From the NCBI GenBank assembly GCA_963771175.1, contig CAVYSY010000052.1:96001-160000 (forward strand): a stretch of DNA of 64,000 bases, read 5' to 3'. Shown one piece after another: positions 1 to 14,293 of this stretch. The stretch comes from an uncultured delta proteobacterium (lineage in GTDB: Bacteria; Myxococcota; Myxococcia; Myxococcales; Myxococcaceae). The stretch's first letter is position 1. Each line of letters starts with the position of its first letter. The position numbers and the translations under genes were made by a program. The notes under the pieces were generated by a model. It was not told where the DNA came from. It saw only the letters and a list, made by a program, of their open reading frames with translations, and made no database searches.

Positions 1-3000
1 ACCGCGACCTCAAGCCCGCCAACATCCTGGTGGAGCGCACCGAGGACGGGGGCCTCTCGCCCTTCGTCATGGACTTCGGCCTCGCGCGCGACTGGCGGGA
101 CGAGGGCACGGCCACGCACGGGGTGGTGGGCACTCCCCACTACATGGCTCCCGAGCAGGCCCGGGGCGAGGTGGCCCGCCTGGACCGGCGCGTGGACGTC
201 TACGCCCTGGGCGCCACGCTCTACACCCTGCTGGTGGGCCAGCCCCCCTTCACCGGCACCAACGCCCTCGAGGTGCTCACCCGCATCCAGTCCGAGGAGC
301 CTCGCCCCCCGCGCGCGCTGGACAAGGACGTGCCGGAGGACCTGGAGGCCATCGTCCTCAAGTGCCTGGAGAAGGAGCGCTCGGCCCGCTACGACTCGGC
401 GCGCGCGCTCGCCGAGGACCTGGAGCGCTTCCTCGCCGGAGAGCCGGTGCGGGCTCGCCAGGGCCTGGGCTACCGGCTGCGCAAGAGGGCCCGCAAGCAC
501 CGGGGGGTGCTGTCCCTGGCCGCCTCCTCGCTGCTGGTGGTGACGCTGGCCCTCGGGCAGGCCGTGCTCGCCCGCCGCGAGGGGGCCGAGCGCGAGCGCC
601 TCTCCCGCCACTTCACCGAGAGGGTGGAGCGGATGGAGGCCTCGGCGCGCTACTCCGCCCTGTCCCCGCTGCACGACACCCGCGAGGACCGCGAGGCCCT
701 CCGGGCGGGGATGACCGCACTGGAGGCCGAGGTGCACCAGGCCGGCCCCCAGGCCCAGGGCCCGGGACACTACGCCCTGGGCCGCGCGCGGCTGGCCCTG
801 GACGACCTGGAGGGAGCGCGCGAGCAGCTCGAGTCCGCCTGGGCGCTCGGCTACCGCGAGCCGCGGGTGGCCTGGGCGCTCGCGCTGGTGCTGGGCCATC
901 TCTACCGGGAGCAGCTCCTGCTGGACGTGGAGCGCCGCGAGCCCCGAGCAGCGCGAGGCCCGCCGCCGCGAGCTCGAGCAGCGCTACCGGGACCCGGCCC
1001 TCGCGTACCTCCGCCAGGCCGAGGGCCCCGGCGTCCCCGCCCCTCCTTTATATGTGAAGGCGCTGCTCGCCTTCTTCGAGGGCCGCCACGAGGAGGCCCT
1101 GGCCCACCTGGACGCCATGGGCGGCGCGCGGCCCTGGTTCTACGAGGCACCGCTGCTGCGCGGCGACATCCTCCTGGCCCGGGCCACCTCGCGCTGGAGC
1201 CAGGGCGAGCGCGACGGCGCCCAGGCGGACCTCGACGCCGGCCGCCGGGCCTATGCCGCCGCCATCGCCATCGCCGAGAGCGCGCCCGCCGTCGCACCAC
1301 GCCCTGGGCCTGCTGGAGCTCGCCGCGCTCGTCATGGAGCTGTACGGCCAGGGCAACGTCCTGCCCCACTACGAGCGCGGCCTGGAGGCCCTCTCCCGCG
1401 CGCTCACCGCCGACGTCCGACCACTACCGCTCCCATCGTGCTGGTGGCCCGCCTGCACCGCCGGCTCGCCGAGCACCGCGCCACCCGGGGCGGCGAGGAC
1501 GTGGTGCCGCTGCTGGAGAAGTCCCTCGCCGCCGCGCGCGACGCCTCGCGACTCGCGCCTCCGAGCGCCCGCGTCCCGCTGGAGCTGGCCGTCACCCACA
1601 GGCAGTGGGCCCGCTACCTCCAGCAGCGCGGGGAGGACCCTCGCGAGCAGCTCCGCCTGGCCCTCGAGGCCTTCGAGCGCCTGCGCCCCGAGGAGCGGGA
1701 CTACGCCTTCCACGCCAACCTCGGCATGCTCCACCAGGTGTGGGCCGATTACGAGAGCGAGCACGGGGGGGAGCCGCTCGTCCACCAGGACCGGGCCATC
1801 GCCGCCTACCGCGAGGCCATCCACCTGGACGAGCGTCAGGCGGATGCGTGGATCAACCTGGGCAACGCCTGGCGCAAGCGGGCCTCGTTCCCGGGCGCGA
1901 CGGACGCGGAGGGAGACCTGGGGCGGGCCCGAGAAGCCCTGGAGCGGGCGCGCGGCCTCAACCCGGCCAACGTGGTGGCCTGCTACCAGGGAGCCTATGT
2001 CTCCAAGCAGCTCGCCCAGCGGAGCCGGGACCGGGGCGAGGAGTACGGGCCGGACCTGGAGAAGGCCCTGGCGCTCTACCGCGAGGGGCTGGCCCTCAAC
2101 CCCAAGCTGCCGCAGCTCCACGACGGCCTGGGCGTGGCGCTGCTGTGGCAGGCGGAACAACTCTGGGATGACGGCGGAGACCCCGAGCCGCTGCTCACCG
2201 AGGCCCGGCGGGCCTTCGAGCAGGCCCGGGCCGTGGCGCCCCAGCAGGCCTTCGCCACCAACAACCTCGGCGAGGTGGAGGTGACGCGGGCCTCGTTCCA
2301 GCTCGCGCGCGGGGAGGACCCGGGCCCCAGCGCGAGCGCGGCCGTGAAGTCCTACCGCGCAGGCGCTCGCGCTGCTGCCCGGCGATGCCGACCTGTGGGC
2401 CAACCTGGCCCGGGCGCACGTCCTGCGGGCCACCTGGAGGTTGGAGCAGGGAGAAGACCCGGAGCCGGAGCTCGCCCGGGCCGAGGAGGCCCTGACGCGC
2501 GCGCACGCGCTCAACCCCCGCCTGGGCCACGCGTGGCGCAACCTCGGGGAGGCACGGGGCGTCAGGGCGCGCTGGCTGGCCCGGAAGGACGAGGCGCGGG
2601 AGGAGGACTTCCAGGAGGCGGCCCAGGCCTTCCAGCAAGCCCTGGAGCTGGCGCCCGAGAAGCTGGAGTACCGGCTCGCCGCCGGCCACCTCCAGCGTGA
2701 CTGGGCCGGGTGGAGGCAGCGCCGGGGCGAGGACCCCGTCCCGGAGTTGGAGCGAGGCCTCGAGCTGGCCGGACAGGCCCTGGCCTCGCGCCCCCAGTGG
2801 GCCCGTGCCCGGGTGCTGCGCGCCAGCGTGCTGCTGGCGCTGGCGGGTACGGATGCCCCGCCCGAGCAGCGGCGGACATGGGCGGCGCGGGCCCGGGAGG
2901 ACCTGGAGCTGGCACTGGCCCACAATCCCCACCTCGGGCCCGCGTGGCGCGGCCGCCTCACCGCGTTGCACGAGCCCGAGGCCGGCGCGCCGGTGCCTTA

Positions 3001-3001
3001 G
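1..3001 (+). CDS. Ser/Thr protein kinase with TM segment and TPR-like C-terminus; 5'-truncated by window, several frameshifts
   Basis: RDLKPANILV from nt 3, DFGLA, GTPHYMAPEQARG, DVYALG. Helical TPR-like repeats continue through the ORF pieces 1054-2700, 1253-2284 and 2441-3001; frame breaks near 945, 1295, 1415 and 2360. Confidence 0.9.
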
Positions 3002-3357
3002 CGCTTCTCCTTGTCCTTCGGAGGATCCGTCGTCACATCCAGCTCGCCCTGCTTCGCTTCCGTTCCCGCCCAGCTTCTGCGCGTGACGCGCTGGCCCAAG
3101 ACCTCCACCGAGTACGTGTACGTGCGTCTTCGCGGCGAGTGGAGGAGACCGCCCGGGGTGAGCACGAGGCCGTGAGCGAGTTGCTCCCGTCCAGCGTGAG
3201 GGGCGTGGAGTCGGTGAGGCAACAGGGCGTGTCGAAGGTCACCGAGACGTCCTGGGTGCCCTCCACCTGAAAGGTCACCGTGTCCCCGTGTTGGATGGAC
3301 CGTCGGGTTGGGGCGGGGATCTCCACCTTCCAGGATCTCGATAATGATGTTGGCCAT
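2998..3357 (-). CDS. Small beta-rich hypothetical protein (frameshifted)
   Basis: MANIIIEILEGGDPRPNPT joins IQHGDTVTFQVEGTQDVSVTFDTP in another frame, then returns to TYTYSVEV...GELDVTTDPPKDKEKR. GAGGAG RBS and a sigma-54-type promoter upstream. Confidence 0.55.
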   Translation of the reverse strand: MANIIIEILEGGDPRPNPTVHPTRGHGDLSGGGHPGRLGDLRHALLPHRLHAPHAGREQLAHGLVLTPGGLLHSPRRRTYTYSVEVLGQRVTRRSWAGTEAKQGELDVTTDPPKDKEKR

Positions 3358-3416
3358 GGCTCTTGGGCTCCTCGTGTCCCTCGCGGGGACGTTGGATGAA
3401 CGTTGCCAGCGGAAGA

Positions 3417-3434
3417 TTGCAGGCACCGTACCAG
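3417..3434 (-). promoter_or_regulatory. Putative sigma-54 (-24/-12) promoter
   Basis: Minus strand CTGGTACGGTGCCTGCAA has GG-N10-GC spacing; about 60 nt upstream of ATG 3357 and just downstream of a sigma-54 activator gene. Confidence 0.55.
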
Positions 3435-3530
3435 CGACCCTGACACGCTCTCGCCTCGGGAGCACCGTGCACCCGGCCGCACCGGAGCCCGGCGGCACTC
3501 ACGGACACGTCACCGGCCGGGACTGACGTG

Positions 3531-5155
<1,625 letters not shown>

Positions 5156-5207
5156 GGGCCTTCTGGACGGCGGCAGTGCCGCTCAGAAGTCTACACCGCC
5201 CCGGGTG

Positions 5208-5774
5208 TCACGGAGAGGGCCGCCAGAGCACCTCGAGCTCCAGCTCCACGGCCTCGAAGGGCTCCGCCCGGATGCCCTGCTCCCCACCATGGTTGCCGAT
5301 GAGCACCCAGCGGTCCTCCTCGCGACGGAAGACCTCGAGCGTCCGGGACACCGGCTCGATGAGCCAGACGTGACCAACCCGCTCGCGCATGTACACGGGC
5401 ATCTTCCGCACCCGATCGAGCACCGCGGTCGAGGGGGAGAGCACCTCACAGACCCAGTCCGGCGGAAGCGTGAAGAAGGGCGCATCGGGAGACACCGGCA
5501 TCCGCGAGCGCTTCCATCCGGCCAGGTCCGGGACGAGGACGTCCTTGCCGAAGTGAAGCTCCGGCTCATCGAAGATCCACCAGCCCCCCGGGCCGCCCTC
5601 CCCCAACTGGAAGGGCCCGCCCAGCTTGATCCCCAGAGTGGACGCAACGAGGACATGACGGCTGGCGGGCCGGGGCGAAACGGAGAGCTCGCCCCCGATG
5701 AGCTCACCCACCACCGTCTCCGGCAGGGCACGGAGATCCTCGTACGTCGCGGGCTTCTTGACCGTGGTCGTCAT
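5208..5774 (-). CDS. Uma2 family (DUF820) endonuclease-like protein
   Basis: MTTTVKKPATYEDL...ELIGGEL...PDLAGW...PDWVCEVLSPST...VWLIEP, typical Uma2 motifs. Confidence 0.9.
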   Translation of the reverse strand: MTTTVKKPATYEDLRALPETVVGELIGGELSVSPRPASRHVLVASTLGIKLGGPFQLGEGGPGGWWIFDEPELHFGKDVLVPDLAGWKRSRMPVSPDAPFFTLPPDWVCEVLSPSTAVLDRVRKMPVYMRERVGHVWLIEPVSRTLEVFRREEDRWVLIGNHGGEQGIRAEPFEAVELELEVLWRPSP

Positions 5775-6103
5775 GAGTTCCGAGGAGAGCAGAGCACGAC
5801 CCCGCCAGCCTGGGGAAGCATCCTCTTGGGACATGATGGGTTGCATGACCTTAAAAGTAACATAGGCATCACCCAGACCTCCAGGGTAATCCGCATCCAG
5901 ACAACTCCTGGAGTCACCCCGGCGCACGAACACCGCGCAGGGTCCACCTGTCTCCCCGCCCATCCTCCCTCCGAGGAGACGACCGCTCCCCTGCGAGCCA
6001 GGTCTCCTCCCTGGACCTCCCCACCGGGGCCTCGGCGGCTCGGGCGCGGAGTGTGCATTTTTGGAGGGAAGGTACGGGCTGGAGGAGACGCGAACCTCTC
6101 CGG

Positions 6104-6143
6104 GCGCAACGCTTGCGCTCCAGGTGCGCAGCTGTTGCGCACC
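6104..6143 (+). promoter_or_regulatory. Two tandem GCGCA-N5-TGCGC palindromes, putative activator sites upstream of the usp operon
   Basis: GCGCAACGCTTGCGC at 6104-6118 and GCGCAGCTGTTGCGC at 6126-6140, 22-bp periodicity; TGGCACG at 6182. Confidence 0.45.
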
Positions 6144-6213
6144 AGCCCGCCCGTGCCCGGGTCCGTCCCTCGGAGCGGTGCTGGCACGGGACATGGAATG
6201 GTAATGAGGTGTT

Positions 6214-6639
6214 ATGACTCGCATCCTCATCGCGGTCGATGGCTCCGCCCCCTCGCAGCGGGCGCTGGAGTTCGGTGCCTCCCTGGCGGCGAAGCTGGGC
6301 GAGGGCATCGTGCTGCTCCACGTCATGCCCCAGGTGGCGCTCCCACTGGGAGGCGGTGGCCCCGGTTCGCTCTCCGAGCTGCAGCAGTCCCTCCGAGCCG
6401 AGGGCACCCAACTGCTGGAGGCCCTGGCGGACAAGGCCCGCTCGCATGGCGTGGCGGTGGAGACGGAGCTGGGAGTAGGAGACCCGGCCATCGCCATCTA
6501 CGACCGCGCGGAGTTGGAGGACGTGCGGATGGTGGTGATGGGGAGCCGTGGGCAGGGTACGGTGGCGAGGCTGCTGCTCGGCAGCGTGGCCACCAAGGTG
6601 GTGCACACGTCGACCCGACCCGTGGTGGTGGTGCGGTAG
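6214..6639 (+). CDS. Universal stress protein (UspA family)
   Basis: ILIAVDGS...VVMGSRG...LLGSVATKVV motifs; GAGGTG RBS. Confidence 0.93.
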   Translation: MTRILIAVDGSAPSQRALEFGASLAAKLGEGIVLLHVMPQVALPLGGGGPGSLSELQQSLRAEGTQLLEALADKARSHGVAVETELGVGDPAIAIYDRAELEDVRMVVMGSRGQGTVARLLLGSVATKVVHTSTRPVVVVR

Positions 6640-6655
6640 GCGGGCCTGGAGGTAG

Positions 6656-9602
<2,947 letters not shown>

Positions 9603-9605
9603 AGG

Positions 9606-11066
9606 CTAGTGCAGGAGGTCGGAGCCCTCGGGCTGGGCCTCCGGTGGGTGCGCCGCCGCGCGGGACAGGGGCAGGCGCACGCGGAAGGTGGAGCCCACAC
9701 TGGGGCGACTCTCCACCTCGATGCGGCCCCCGTGGGCCTCGACGATGCGCCGGGCCACGGACAGGCCGAGCCCCACGCCCGGGGCCTTCTCGCGGGCCCG
9801 CCCCGAGCGCCGGAAGGGAGTGAAGAGGTTGCGCATCTCCTCGGCCGAGACGCCGATGCCCCGGTCCACCACGGACAGCACCGCCTCGTCCCCCTCGCGG
9901 CGCACAATCACATCCACCCGGCTCCCCGTGGGCGAGTACTTCAACGCGTTGCTCACCAGGTTGTGCAGCACCTGCTCCACGCGCGTGCCATCGCACTTCA
10001 GGAGGACGGGCTCCTCGGGCAGGTCGAGCCGCAGGTCATGCGAGGAGCCTCCCGCCAGGTACAGCTCCGCCACCTCGCTAGCCAGGTCGCGGACGTCATG
10101 CTCCTCCAACTGCAGCTCGAAGCGGCCAGCCTCGATGTGGGTGGAGTCGAGCAGGTCCCCCACCATCCGGTCCAACCGGGCCACCTGGCGGCGCACGAGG
10201 GCCATCGTCTTCTGCATGCGCTCCTCGGTGACGGGGCGGCCGGAGGTGACGAGCGCGGCGGACATCTTCAGGGCGGAGAGGGGGTTGCGCAGGTCATGCG
10301 CCACACCGGCGAGGAAGGTGAGCTGCTCCTCCTGCTGGCGCCCCAGGGAGTTGGCCATCTCGTTGAAGGTGCGGGCTATCTCGCGCAGCTCGGTGGGGCC
10401 CTCCTCGGGAGCACGGGTGCGCTTGCGCCCGCTGCCGAAGCGGTGCATGGCGCGGCTGATGTCGAGCAGGGGACGGAAGACGGAGCGGCGCATCCACAGC
10501 AGCATCACCGTGCCGCCGAGCACCAGGAGCACGGCCACGCCCACACCGCCGATATTGGCGAGGTGATCCCACCGGTCCGCCAGGGACTGGGCGCGGCGGG
10601 CCTCCTCCACGTTGAAGTCGACGAGTCGTCCCAGGGCCTGGAGGGCCGCCTCCAGGGGAGAACCCAGCGCCAGTGCCGACTTCCGCTCCTCCGGCAGGTT
10701 CCGCACCTCTTCACGCTTGAGCAGGTAGAAGGAGATGGCCTGCTCGGCCTCGGCGAGCAGCGCCCGCTCCTGCTCCGATGGCGCCTGGCGCCGGGCCTCG
10801 GCGAGGTGGGCGCGGATGGCGGCCTCCGTCTCGGCGAGCGAGCGGTCGGTATCGGAGGGCAGGGTCCGCTCGGAGGCGGACAACCGGACGAGGGTGAGCA
10901 GGTCGACCTGGAGTGCCTCGGCGAGCCGGACGCCCTCCACCGAATTACCGAGGCTCTCGGTGGTGTGGTGCAGGTAGCTCGTCAGGATGATGAGCGAGGC
11001 AGCGCCCGCAAGGGAGAGTGCCCCCAGCGCAACGAGGGTCATGGTCATGATCCGCTTGAGGCTCAT
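9606..11066 (-). CDS. Membrane sensor histidine kinase (2 TM, HAMP, HisKA, HATPase)
   Basis: VAHDLRNPL H-box, NLVSNALKY, DRGIG, GVGLGL; two hydrophobic segments. Confidence 0.92.
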   Translation of the reverse strand: MSLKRIMTMTLVALGALSLAGAASLIILTSYLHHTTESLGNSVEGVRLAEALQVDLLTLVRLSASERTLPSDTDRSLAETEAAIRAHLAEARRQAPSEQERALLAEAEQAISFYLLKREEVRNLPEERKSALALGSPLEAALQALGRLVDFNVEEARRAQSLADRWDHLANIGGVGVAVLLVLGGTVMLLWMRRSVFRPLLDISRAMHRFGSGRKRTRAPEEGPTELREIARTFNEMANSLGRQQEEQLTFLAGVAHDLRNPLSALKMSAALVTSGRPVTEERMQKTMALVRRQVARLDRMVGDLLDSTHIEAGRFELQLEEHDVRDLASEVAELYLAGGSSHDLRLDLPEEPVLLKCDGTRVEQVLHNLVSNALKYSPTGSRVDVIVRREGDEAVLSVVDRGIGVSAEEMRNLFTPFRRSGRAREKAPGVGLGLSVARRIVEAHGGRIEVESRPSVGSTFRVRLPLSRAAAHPPEAQPEGSDLLH

Positions 11067-11336
11067 GCCGCCTCCGGGTGGAAGGAGCACAGACGGCGCG
11101 GAGCGCGGCGGGGGATGCAGGGGTCCACGCGAGTCCTCCCGGAGTCGAGGGCGCGGGCCTCCGCGCCATACCTTCCAAACAGGAAGATGTGTCCGGGAGA
11201 AGCCAGTCGGCGCGGCCCGGTCGGAGAGCATCCGACGAGGCGGGGGTGGAGGAAGAGAGAGGCCCCCCACTCCCGCGGTTGCTCACGTTACGGGCTCACG
11301 GGCTAGATGCGCGTGTCGGAGCCCTTGGAGGTGTGC

Positions 11337-12149
11337 TCAGGCGCCGAATCCCCCGAGGGCGGTGCGGCTGAAGCTGGCGGCGCCCTGGCTGACGCGGACG
11401 GCGGACTGGCTGAAGACCTGGAAGGCCTTGCGGATGTCCTGGGCGCTCTGGCCGGGAGTGAGGATCCACTTGTCCTCGATGCCCATCTCGCGGAAGACCT
11501 TGCGGAAGTCGGTGCTGCCATCGTCGATGCCCATGGCGGCGACGATGTGATTCTCGGCGCGGCGCAGGTCATTCACGAGCGAGGCGACGTCCCGGGCGCG
11601 AGCGTTCTGCGAGTGGCAGTCGGCCCCATCGGTGATGAGGAGGGTGACGGTGCGAGCGGAGACGCCGTTGCGGGTGAACTCCTGGGCCTTGGCGAGCACG
11701 GTGCCGAGCAGGACGACGGCCTGGTCATAGAGGGGCGTGCCCTTGTCGGGGTCGTAGTTCTTCGCGTGCATGCGGACGACGTCCTCGAGGGGCCGGAAGG
11801 GGTTGAGGACGAAGCCGTTGAGGTAGCGGGTGTGGAAGAGGATGCCGTCCTTCTGCTGGCTGGAGAGGAGGGCATCGAGGACGAGGTTGTGGCCGTCGCA
11901 GACGGTGCGGGCGTGACCGGAGTGCTGGATGGAGCCGGAGTCATCGGGCATGACGGTGACGAGGACGACCTCGCTGGCCTGGACGTCATCGACGCTGATG
12001 CCGAGGCCGGCCTGGATCTGCGCGCCGAGGTCCACGACGGTGAGGGCCTGAAGGGCCTGGGGGCTGAGGACGCCCTCGGAGTGAGCGGCCTGGAAGAGCT
12101 GGGAGACATTGGCGCTGCCGCTGTTGCCATTGCTGGACTGGGAGCTCAT
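11337..12149 (-). CDS. von Willebrand factor A (vWA) domain protein, TerY-like
   Basis: Complete MIDAS: VLVTVMPDDSGS (DxSxS), GTPLYD (T), LLITDG (D); GGAG RBS. Confidence 0.8.
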   Translation of the reverse strand: MSSQSSNGNSGSANVSQLFQAAHSEGVLSPQALQALTVVDLGAQIQAGLGISVDDVQASEVVLVTVMPDDSGSIQHSGHARTVCDGHNLVLDALLSSQQKDGILFHTRYLNGFVLNPFRPLEDVVRMHAKNYDPDKGTPLYDQAVVLLGTVLAKAQEFTRNGVSARTVTLLITDGADCHSQNARARDVASLVNDLRRAENHIVAAMGIDDGSTDFRKVFREMGIEDKWILTPGQSAQDIRKAFQVFSQSAVRVSQGAASFSRTALGGFGA

Positions 12150-12186
12150 CTGCGACTCCTTTCAAGAGAGAGGGGTGTGACGCCCG

Positions 12187-13257
12187 TTACGCGATGCGCA
12201 GGTCGGGCCAGGCGGCGAGCGGGTCGGTGGACTTCACGAGGTGCATGCCGGCATCGGCGAAGCGCTTGAGAGCGGACTCGGCCTGAGGGGTGAAGTCAGC
12301 GGCGAACCCGCCCTTGCCATCGGGGACGGTGACGGCGGACATGCAGTCGGTGAGCAGGTACACCTTGCGAGCGAGCGCGGCGTCCTGGGCGAGAATCTCC
12401 CCGAGCAGGTCATCGATGGAGCTCTTCACGCAGTGGCTGGCGGCCTGACCGGCGATGACGACGGCATCGGCGGTGAGGAGCGTCTTGAGGAACTGGGTAT
12501 TGCGCTGGGCGAGCGGCTGGCCGTCATGGCGAGTGAGGACCTCCGGGCGCAGGACGGAGTAGTTCTCGGTGAGGGGGTTGCCGCCCTTGACCTCGACCCA
12601 GGACTGAGCGCCGCGGGCGAACGAGTGGAACAGGCGGGCCTCCTGCACGACACCGGCGATGGCGTGCCCGTCGCCGCCGAGGAGGCAGTGAGGCGGCCAC
12701 AGGTAGAGCGTGTACTTGCCGGCGCGCTCGAGCTCCTCGCAGTAGTACTTCACCTGCTTGAGGAGCCAGGGGTAGTTGCCGCCGCAGAGCCACCTGGCGA
12801 CAGCGGGGTTGGGGCGCACCTGGCCGCGTTCAATCTGCTCGCGAGTGATTTCGCGGTAGGCGGTGAGGGGCTGGTCGTTCTGGTCGACCCAGAAGGACGG
12901 GAAGAAGATCTGGTAGGCGAAGTGGGTGTCCAACGTGGTGGTGACGTTGGTGAGGGCGCCGAGGTTCTTGTAGATGAACTCGGCGATGCGGCGGCTGTCG
13001 TCGATGGCGCCGCGACCGCTGCGACCGGCGACGTAGAGCGAGCCCTCGGGGAAGCAGAAGTCCTTCTGCACGTCGATGAGCAGCAGGTGGAGGTTGAAGG
13101 AGTCAGTGGCGGCGGCGGTGACGCCGTGGGCGCCGCGCCAGGACTGGGCCTCGGCCTGGAGACTCATGGCGTTGGGGCCGTAGGCATACGAGGCGGCATT
13201 GGCGGGCTTGTAGAACGACGGAAGCGGCAGTTCCTTCAGCTTCGACTGCGTCTTCAT
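12187..13257 (-). CDS. Nicotinamidase-like cysteine hydrolase (isochorismatase superfamily), 356 aa
   Basis: LLLIDVQKDF, TLDTH, LWPPHC, VKG, AGQAASHCV give the PncA-type Asp/Lys/Cys triad and metal ligands; AAGGGGG RBS 6 nt before ATG 13257. Confidence 0.85.
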   Translation of the reverse strand: MKTQSKLKELPLPSFYKPANAASYAYGPNAMSLQAEAQSWRGAHGVTAAATDSFNLHLLLIDVQKDFCFPEGSLYVAGRSGRGAIDDSRRIAEFIYKNLGALTNVTTTLDTHFAYQIFFPSFWVDQNDQPLTAYREITREQIERGQVRPNPAVARWLCGGNYPWLLKQVKYYCEELERAGKYTLYLWPPHCLLGGDGHAIAGVVQEARLFHSFARGAQSWVEVKGGNPLTENYSVLRPEVLTRHDGQPLAQRNTQFLKTLLTADAVVIAGQAASHCVKSSIDDLLGEILAQDAALARKVYLLTDCMSAVTVPDGKGGFAADFTPQAESALKRFADAGMHLVKSTDPLAAWPDLRIA

Positions 13258-13268
13258 GTGCATCCCCC

Positions 13269-13316
13269 TTAGTGTCTCGACAACAACAACATAGTGTCCA
13301 ATCAACACCATGTCAA
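13269..13316 (-). promoter_or_regulatory. Sigma70-type promoter overlapped by two NrtR-type boxes
   Basis: -35 TTGACA (13316-13311), 17 bp, -10 TATGTT (13293-13288). Boxes TTAGTGTCTCGACAACAACAA (13269-13289) and ATAGTGTCCAATCAACACCAT (13291-13311). Confidence 0.75.
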
Positions 13317-13347
13317 GGCACGTTGGGTTCGGAGGTCCGTGGCGTCA

Positions 13348-13389
13348 AGAAGCAGAAACCCCGGGGCCTCACATCGAGGCACCCGGGGT
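13348..13389 (-). terminator. Rho-independent terminator downstream of the TA pair
   Basis: Plus-strand hairpin ACCCCGGG-GCCTC-acatc-GAGGC-a-CCCGGGGT, followed on the minus strand by TTCTGCTTCTT. Confidence 0.6.
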
Positions 13390-13409
13390 GGGAAGCAGGA
13401 AGGGCTTCT

Positions 13410-13466
13410 GGGCGCGGTCTTGAAAAACCTGTCCGACAGTCGGACAGGTTTCTGAAAAGCGCGCCC
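13410..13466. repeat. REP-like palindromic element, copy 1
   Basis: Core AAACCTGTCCGAC-A-GTCGGACAGGTTT (13425-13451) with outer GGGCGCG/CGCGCCC arms. Confidence 0.85.
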
Positions 13467-13550
13467 GGGAGGTGGGGGTCTGAAACGACTTACTTTAGAG
13501 AGCCTGGCGGGGAACTCACGGACGACGAGCTCCGGAGCGCCCCTGGGCGC

Positions 13551-13889
13551 CTACGTTCCTCGCAGCAGCCGCGCCAGTAGGACGCTCTCCAGGTCCCTAC
13601 GTCCGTCCAGCACGGCCACCACGAAGACCCGGTCAGCCCCTATGCGGTAGAGGATGCGCCAGGGACGAACGATGAGTTCCCGATAGAGGCGGATATCGGA
13701 CCGCGCGAGCTCGGGCACCACGCGACCCCGGCGCGGCATCGTCTCCAGCCGTTGCGCAGCCTGCTCCAGCCGCTCCAAGACACGTGAAGCCGCACCCGGG
13801 TTCTCGCGCTCGATGAAGTCCACTAATTCGGAGAGGTCGGTGAGCGCCACCTCCGCCCACTCGACCTTGAAGCGTCTCGCCACACTCAC
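13551..13889 (-). CDS. Type II TA toxin, RelE/ParE family
   Basis: 112 aa, VEWAEVALTDL...MPRRGRVVPEL...YRELIVRPWRILYRI...VFVVAVLDGRRD; GTGA overlap with the antitoxin. Confidence 0.88.
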   Translation of the reverse strand: MSVARRFKVEWAEVALTDLSELVDFIERENPGAASRVLERLEQAAQRLETMPRRGRVVPELARSDIRLYRELIVRPWRILYRIGADRVFVVAVLDGRRDLESVLLARLLRGT

Positions 13890-14164
13890 TCCTTGATGGC
13901 GAGCCTCCGCCGAACACGGGCGAACGCTTCCGCTTGGGGAACGGTACGGCCCGCCTGGATGTCGGCTTCGCCCTGGGCGGTGAGCTTCAGGAGCAGTGTG
14001 GCATCACGAAGGGCCTCATAGGTGGCCACATCGAGGACGACCGCCTGAGCTTCCCCATGCTGGGTGATGACGACCGGCCGGCGAGAGCGCTTCACCTCGC
14101 GCAACAACTCGGCAGCGCGCGTCTTCATGTACGACACCGGCTTGATGTCCTCGGTCAGCTTCAC
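13886..14164 (-). CDS. Type II TA antitoxin, Phd/YefM family
   Basis: EDIKPVSYMKTRAAELLREV...PVVITQHGEAQAVVLD; GTG start with GAGGAG RBS. Confidence 0.88.
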   Translation of the reverse strand: MKLTEDIKPVSYMKTRAAELLREVKRSRRPVVITQHGEAQAVVLDVATYEALRDATLLLKLTAQGEADIQAGRTVPQAEAFARVRRRLAIKE

Positions 14165-14293
14165 GCCCCACTCCTCTCCAGGTCCAGACAAGGTACCAAC
14201 TTCAGCCCCGCTCGGCACGCACACCACGGAAGCCGGTCTCCTGGCAGGTATCCTAGAGTCCAAGGATCAGGGCAGGAACCACCTGTCCTGGGC

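Noticed and set aside
5208..5774. Uma2 gene as a defence nuclease system
   Set aside because: Stand-alone member of a family highly expanded in myxobacteria; no partner genes.
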